A DNA stretch of 64,000 bases. Origin: an uncultured Verrucomicrobiae bacterium (lineage in GTDB: Bacteria; Verrucomicrobiota; Verrucomicrobiia; Chthoniobacterales; Terrimicrobiaceae). Where the stretch lies: contig CAVPOC010000003.1 in assembly GCA_963706955.1 (NCBI GenBank), positions 576,001 through 640,000 on the forward strand, in the 5' to 3' direction. Each line of letters opens with the position of its first letter. Position 1 is the first letter of the stretch. The notes beneath the pieces were generated by a model. It had not been told where the DNA came from. It ran no database searches and saw nothing but the letters and a program-made list of their open reading frames with translations. Of the stretch, positions 60,452-64,000 are shown piece by piece. Both the position numbers and the translations under genes were made by a program.

Positions 60452-61751
60452 ATGAGGTCATCCAGTACCGGCTAACGAACCAGAGCGGCTTGCCACCGTT
60501 CGAGCACTCAATGTCCTCGATACCGCTCCCGAAATTGCCTATGATGAAATCGGGGAACTGGCGGCGGAAGCTTGCCAGTGTCCAATCGCCTATATCAGCT
60601 TTATGGACGATGATCGGCTCTGGCTCAAGGCCAAGTACGGTCTGCCGCCGGATTTCAACCAGTGCGCGCGCGAGGTCGCCTTCTGTGCGACGACAGTCTG
60701 TGGCAGCGAGATGGTCGTGTCATCGGATTTGCGGCAGGACGCGCGCTTCCGTGAAATCCCGGTTGTCACGAGCGAACCATTTTTCAGGTTCTATTGTGGC
60801 ATGCCACTCATCACCGTCGAAGGTTATGCGCTTGGGACATTGTGCGTAATGGATTTCAAACCCCGGCAGCTTACCTTTCAACAAACCGAATCGCTGCGGC
60901 GCTTATCGCATCAGGTTATGACCCAACTGGAGCTGCGCCGGCGACTGATCGAGCTCGACCAAGCCATCAAAGAATTGGTTGACGCACGGGCGGATATCGC
61001 CATGGAAAAGGCACGAACCGAGGAACTGCTCCTCAATATCCTGCCCGCCGCAATCGCCGAGGAGCTCAAGAAGAGTGGCAAGGTGCAGCCGAAGTATGTG
61101 CCTTCGGCAACGATACTGTTCGCCGACTTCAAGGCCTTTACCCTATTGGCTGAACGCACCGAGCCCAACGCGCTCATTGGGCTTCTCGACCAGTATTTCA
61201 CCACCTTCGATGAGATCGTTACCCACCATGGACTGGAGCGGCTCAAGACGATTGGCGACGCGTACATGGCCACCGCGGGCGTGCCGACATCGAGCCGTCG
61301 GCATCCTTTCGATGCTTGTTTGGCGGCGTTAGCGATGCAGGCCACCGTCGCTCAAATGAAGATACTGCGCGAGAGGATGCGATTACCGGCACTGGAGCTG
61401 CGCATCGGCATCCATACGGGACCGGTCATATCGGGAGTCGTCGGCCGGCGAAAGTTCACATTCGACATTTGGGGCGACGCCGTGAACACGGCGGCCTTGA
61501 TGGAAGCGAGCGGCGCGCCCGGCCGGATCAATGTCTCGGAAACTGTTGCCGGGCACGTCAAGACGCTGTTTGAGCTGGAGCCCCGTGGCGTTATCGAGGC
61601 CAAACACGGTCGCGGGCTCGAAATGTCATTCCTGAATCGTTTGAGGCCGGACCTGTCTGCTGATGCTGAGGGCCGCAAGCCGAATGAGAAATTCGCAGTT
61701 GAATGCACCAAATTGCTCACCGGCTTCTCTGGCTCATTGGTGGAGCCTTAG
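60452..61751 (+). CDS. GAF-domain class III adenylate cyclase (1 indel just after the start ATG)
   Basis: PVPANEPERLATVRALNVLDTAPE GAF start, FYCGMPLIT..GTLCVMD; ILFADFKAFT, LKTIGDAYM, FDIWGDAVNTA. Confidence 0.9.
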
Positions 61752-61830
61752 GCAGTTGTGTGTCAACGCGCTGTTCACGACCGGATTTACTTGGCGTTAC
61801 CAAAATGGGTCTTCGCTTTTTCCGACGGGG

Positions 61831-62679
61831 TTAACCCGATGGCCCCAAATCCTTTGGTCTACCGCGACGAAAAGACCGTTTTCCAAGATCTGACAGAAAG
61901 TCCATTATCGAGGCAGCACGTGGCCTCCGCGCACTCGGTCAGCAAACCGTGGGCGGCTTGCTTGAGGACGACGAGCTGCGCCCCTGGAATGTGGTGCGCC
62001 AAGTCCGCCGACAATGGGAGGCCGCCCAAGATGTCTTCATCTCCGACAACCACGAGCGTTGGACAATTGATCTCACGCAGGCGCGCGGATGCATCATAAT
62101 TCGTGATGGCACGACTTTGCTGATAAATTCCCGAAGCACTCGGCGGAAATGGATTCGCTAAGATTTCCTTGATGACCTCATCGATCGCTCCAGGCGTTGC
62201 GTAGAAGCGCGCCGTGTAGATCCAGGGCAAACTCAATCGAATTGCCGTCGCCGGATCCAGAAGCTTAGGAAAATCGCCCCATAGCTCGATCACCGTCCTT
62301 CCACGCTCATCCATCTTTGCGCAAGAGGAGAGGAGGATCAAAGACTTGACTCGCGTCGGGGCAAGCAAGCGCCAACTCGAGCGCAATTTGCCCGCCCATC
62401 GAATGACCCGCAATGTGGACAGAATCTAGTCCAATCGCATCTAGGAGTCCGATCGTGTCTTCCGCCATTCGACCGAATGGTATACGCAGTCGCCGGGGAG
62501 GTAGATTGTCCCACGCCTCGATTGTCAAAGGTAATCAGGCGATAGTTCGAGGCGAGCAATGGGACAAGCTTGCGCCAGTTCGTGTGGTCGCAAGCAAAGC
62601 CCGCGATGAGCAGCAATGGCTCACCGGCTCCGCTCTCTTCATAGAACAACTCGATTCCGTTTGCTTGGACCTTAGGCAT
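61831..62679 (-). CDS. Alpha/beta fold hydrolase, about 3 frameshifts
   Basis: ANGIELFYEESGAGEPLLLIAG, FDNRGVG, GHSMGG, PTLVVVGDED, AAHG. Confidence 0.85.
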
Positions 62680-62781
62680 ACTCTCCGCACGATCGTAGCC
62701 GGTGTAGATGCCTGTTCCCGCCGGCAAACGCGAGCAGCAATTTGCGCGAGAAGGAACCGCGCTGAAGGCGCGATTGGTTGT

Positions 62782-62853
62782 TGTAGCGGGCCGCCCAGGC
62801 GCCTCCCCGCCGCCGGCGAAGAGCCCCCACGACGATGAGACATCGTCGCTACA
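62782..62853. repeat. REPIN-like inverted doublet (family 1)
   Basis: TGTAGCGG...CCCCGCCGCC-GGCGAAGAGCCCC-CGACGATGAGACATCGTCGCTACA, same layout as 21018-21076. Confidence 0.65.
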
Positions 62854-62924
62854 GCGCAGTCATGGACCACCGTGGCAGAGGTTCGCCGCGGGGCAAAGCG
62901 TTGCTCGGTGGCGAAGTCGTGCGC

Positions 62925-63597
62925 TCAACCTGCCGGCGTGAAGCCTGGCACAATATCAAATTTGGCGACGAGCTCTCCGATCCGCGATCCTGCAACCGGC
63001 GCAAAATGCCACCGTCACTGCAGCTTGAGCATCTGCATCGCCGATCGAGCGATAAAGACCATCACGCAAGTTGCCCGGATGGCCTTGAATGTAGAGCTGC
63101 GTACTCCAGGCAGGCCGACCCTTCACTTTCACCATGAAGTGAATATGTGGCGCATGACGACTCGGATACGGGACAGGTTTGATGGTGCGAAAATAATACT
63201 CGCCGGTTGATCCGGTCAGAAAGCGGCCAAACCCTTGGAAGTTGGGATCGAAGCTCCCGGCCGGACGATGACTCCGTTCTTTCAAATAGGTAGCCGTGCT
63301 ATCGACTTGCCAAATCTCAATGAGCGCATCACGGACCGGCTCGCCTCTGCTATCGAGAATCCGTCCGCTCAAATGGGTGATCTGCCCAACCGCTGGGGTG
63401 ATCGAGTCGTTGACAATGATAAGATCGTTATCAGTGTCGCGCGGGAGCTTGTCGGGATAGAGTGGCCCAACGGTCATCTCGGGCGTCCTGCGCATCAGCT
63501 CTTCAGCAAAGAGGCCTGGCACGGTAAAATAACTCGCTGTCACCGCCGCCGCCTGCAGGAAACGACGCCGCGTAAGGTCAGAAGCCGACCGCTCCAT
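62925..63597 (-). CDS. Tat-exported intradiol ring-cleavage dioxygenase-like protein (C-terminal frameshifts)
   Basis: TRRRFLQAAA twin-arginine signal; GPLYP; IEIWQVD..TY; PVPYPSRHAPHIHF iron ligands. Confidence 0.85.
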
Positions 63598-63707
63598 GAC
63601 TTAATAAACGCCACATCCGTGGGATGTATAGTGCCCGCTGATCAATTGGGTTGAACAATTCCTCTGGCGCGACAGCGGAATGATCTGTTCAATCAGCGGC
63701 CTTTCCT

Positions 63708-64000
63708 ATGAGCAGGCCGTCGCGCTTCCGCCTCCTGGCAATATTGCTGGCCATGGCAATCCTTCCTTTGTGCATCCGTGCCGAGACAACTTCTCCCTCC
63801 AAAGAAATTCCCGGCCCGCTGCGAGGCTGGGAGCAGTGGGCGACCTGGGATGATGCGGATCGCGTCTGTCCCACGCCCTATCGAGATCCCGACAAGCCGC
63901 TTTGTTTTTGGCCCTCGCGTTTGACGCTGGAGATCGAGCCCACGGTCGGCCGCTTCGAGCTTGAGGTCACCGTCTTTAGCGAGTCATGGGTGCCGCTGCC
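63708..64000 (+). CDS. Secreted/membrane hypothetical protein (3'-truncated by window edge)
   Basis: MSRPSRFRLLAILLAMAILPLCIRA signal, then IPGPLRGWEQWATW..CPTPY..CFWPSRLTL; frame open to the end of the window. Confidence 0.7.
   Translation, partial: MSRPSRFRLLAILLAMAILPLCIRAETTSPSKEIPGPLRGWEQWATWDDADRVCPTPYRDPDKPLCFWPSRLTLEIEPTVGRFELEVTVFSESWVPL

Noticed and set aside
48315..61751. The two cyclases complementing each other as a heterodimer (one lacks Asn, the other Arg)
   Set aside because: Asn and Arg are contributed by the same protomer in class III cyclases, so a heterodimer would not rebuild an N-x3-R site; no sequence support.
51245..63597. beta-Ketoadipate pathway (dioxygenase + pcaD-like hydrolase + pcaC-like CMD protein)
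   Set aside because: The dioxygenase is Tat-exported, the CMD protein is the CxxC AhpD-like type, the hydrolase is generic, and no cycloisomerase or CoA-transferase is present.

Overview
About 59% GC bacterial chromosome segment. It is most consistent with Verrucomicrobiota (Chthoniobacterales/Terrimicrobiaceae-like), inferred from gene content and protein styles, not from a database search. The core (about 12-47 kb) is housekeeping: thrS, moeB/Z, ccsA-hemA-hemC-cobA/hemD, rpsL-rpsG, two GT9s, glgX, dksA-like-rpmG-rpsR, AsmA-like, priA, ilvB, fbaA+fbaB, rplI-dnaB, maf, ruvX, truA. Both flanks are accessory: secreted and redox proteins on the left, and signalling/redox genes on the right (two class III nucleotidyl cyclases, an orphan histidine kinase, pntAB, a Kef-type antiporter, a Tat-exported dioxygenase). 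About 20 genes, including essential ones, carry indels, most likely long-read consensus errors. No rRNA, tRNA, CRISPR array or transposase was recognised. The best candidate for an under-described system is a CPA2/Kef-family cation:proton antiporter whose usual KTN/RCK domain is replaced by a cyclic-nucleotide-binding domain. It lies about 1 kb from a GAF-adenylate cyclase that is bracketed by a ~450-bp diverged direct repeat, and a nickel-binding-domain cyclase lies ~9 kb away. Other notable items: a ~55-aa coiled-coil insertion in the ThrRS catalytic domain, an rpsL-rpsG pair without fusA, and families of GTAG-type REP/REPIN-like palindromes.
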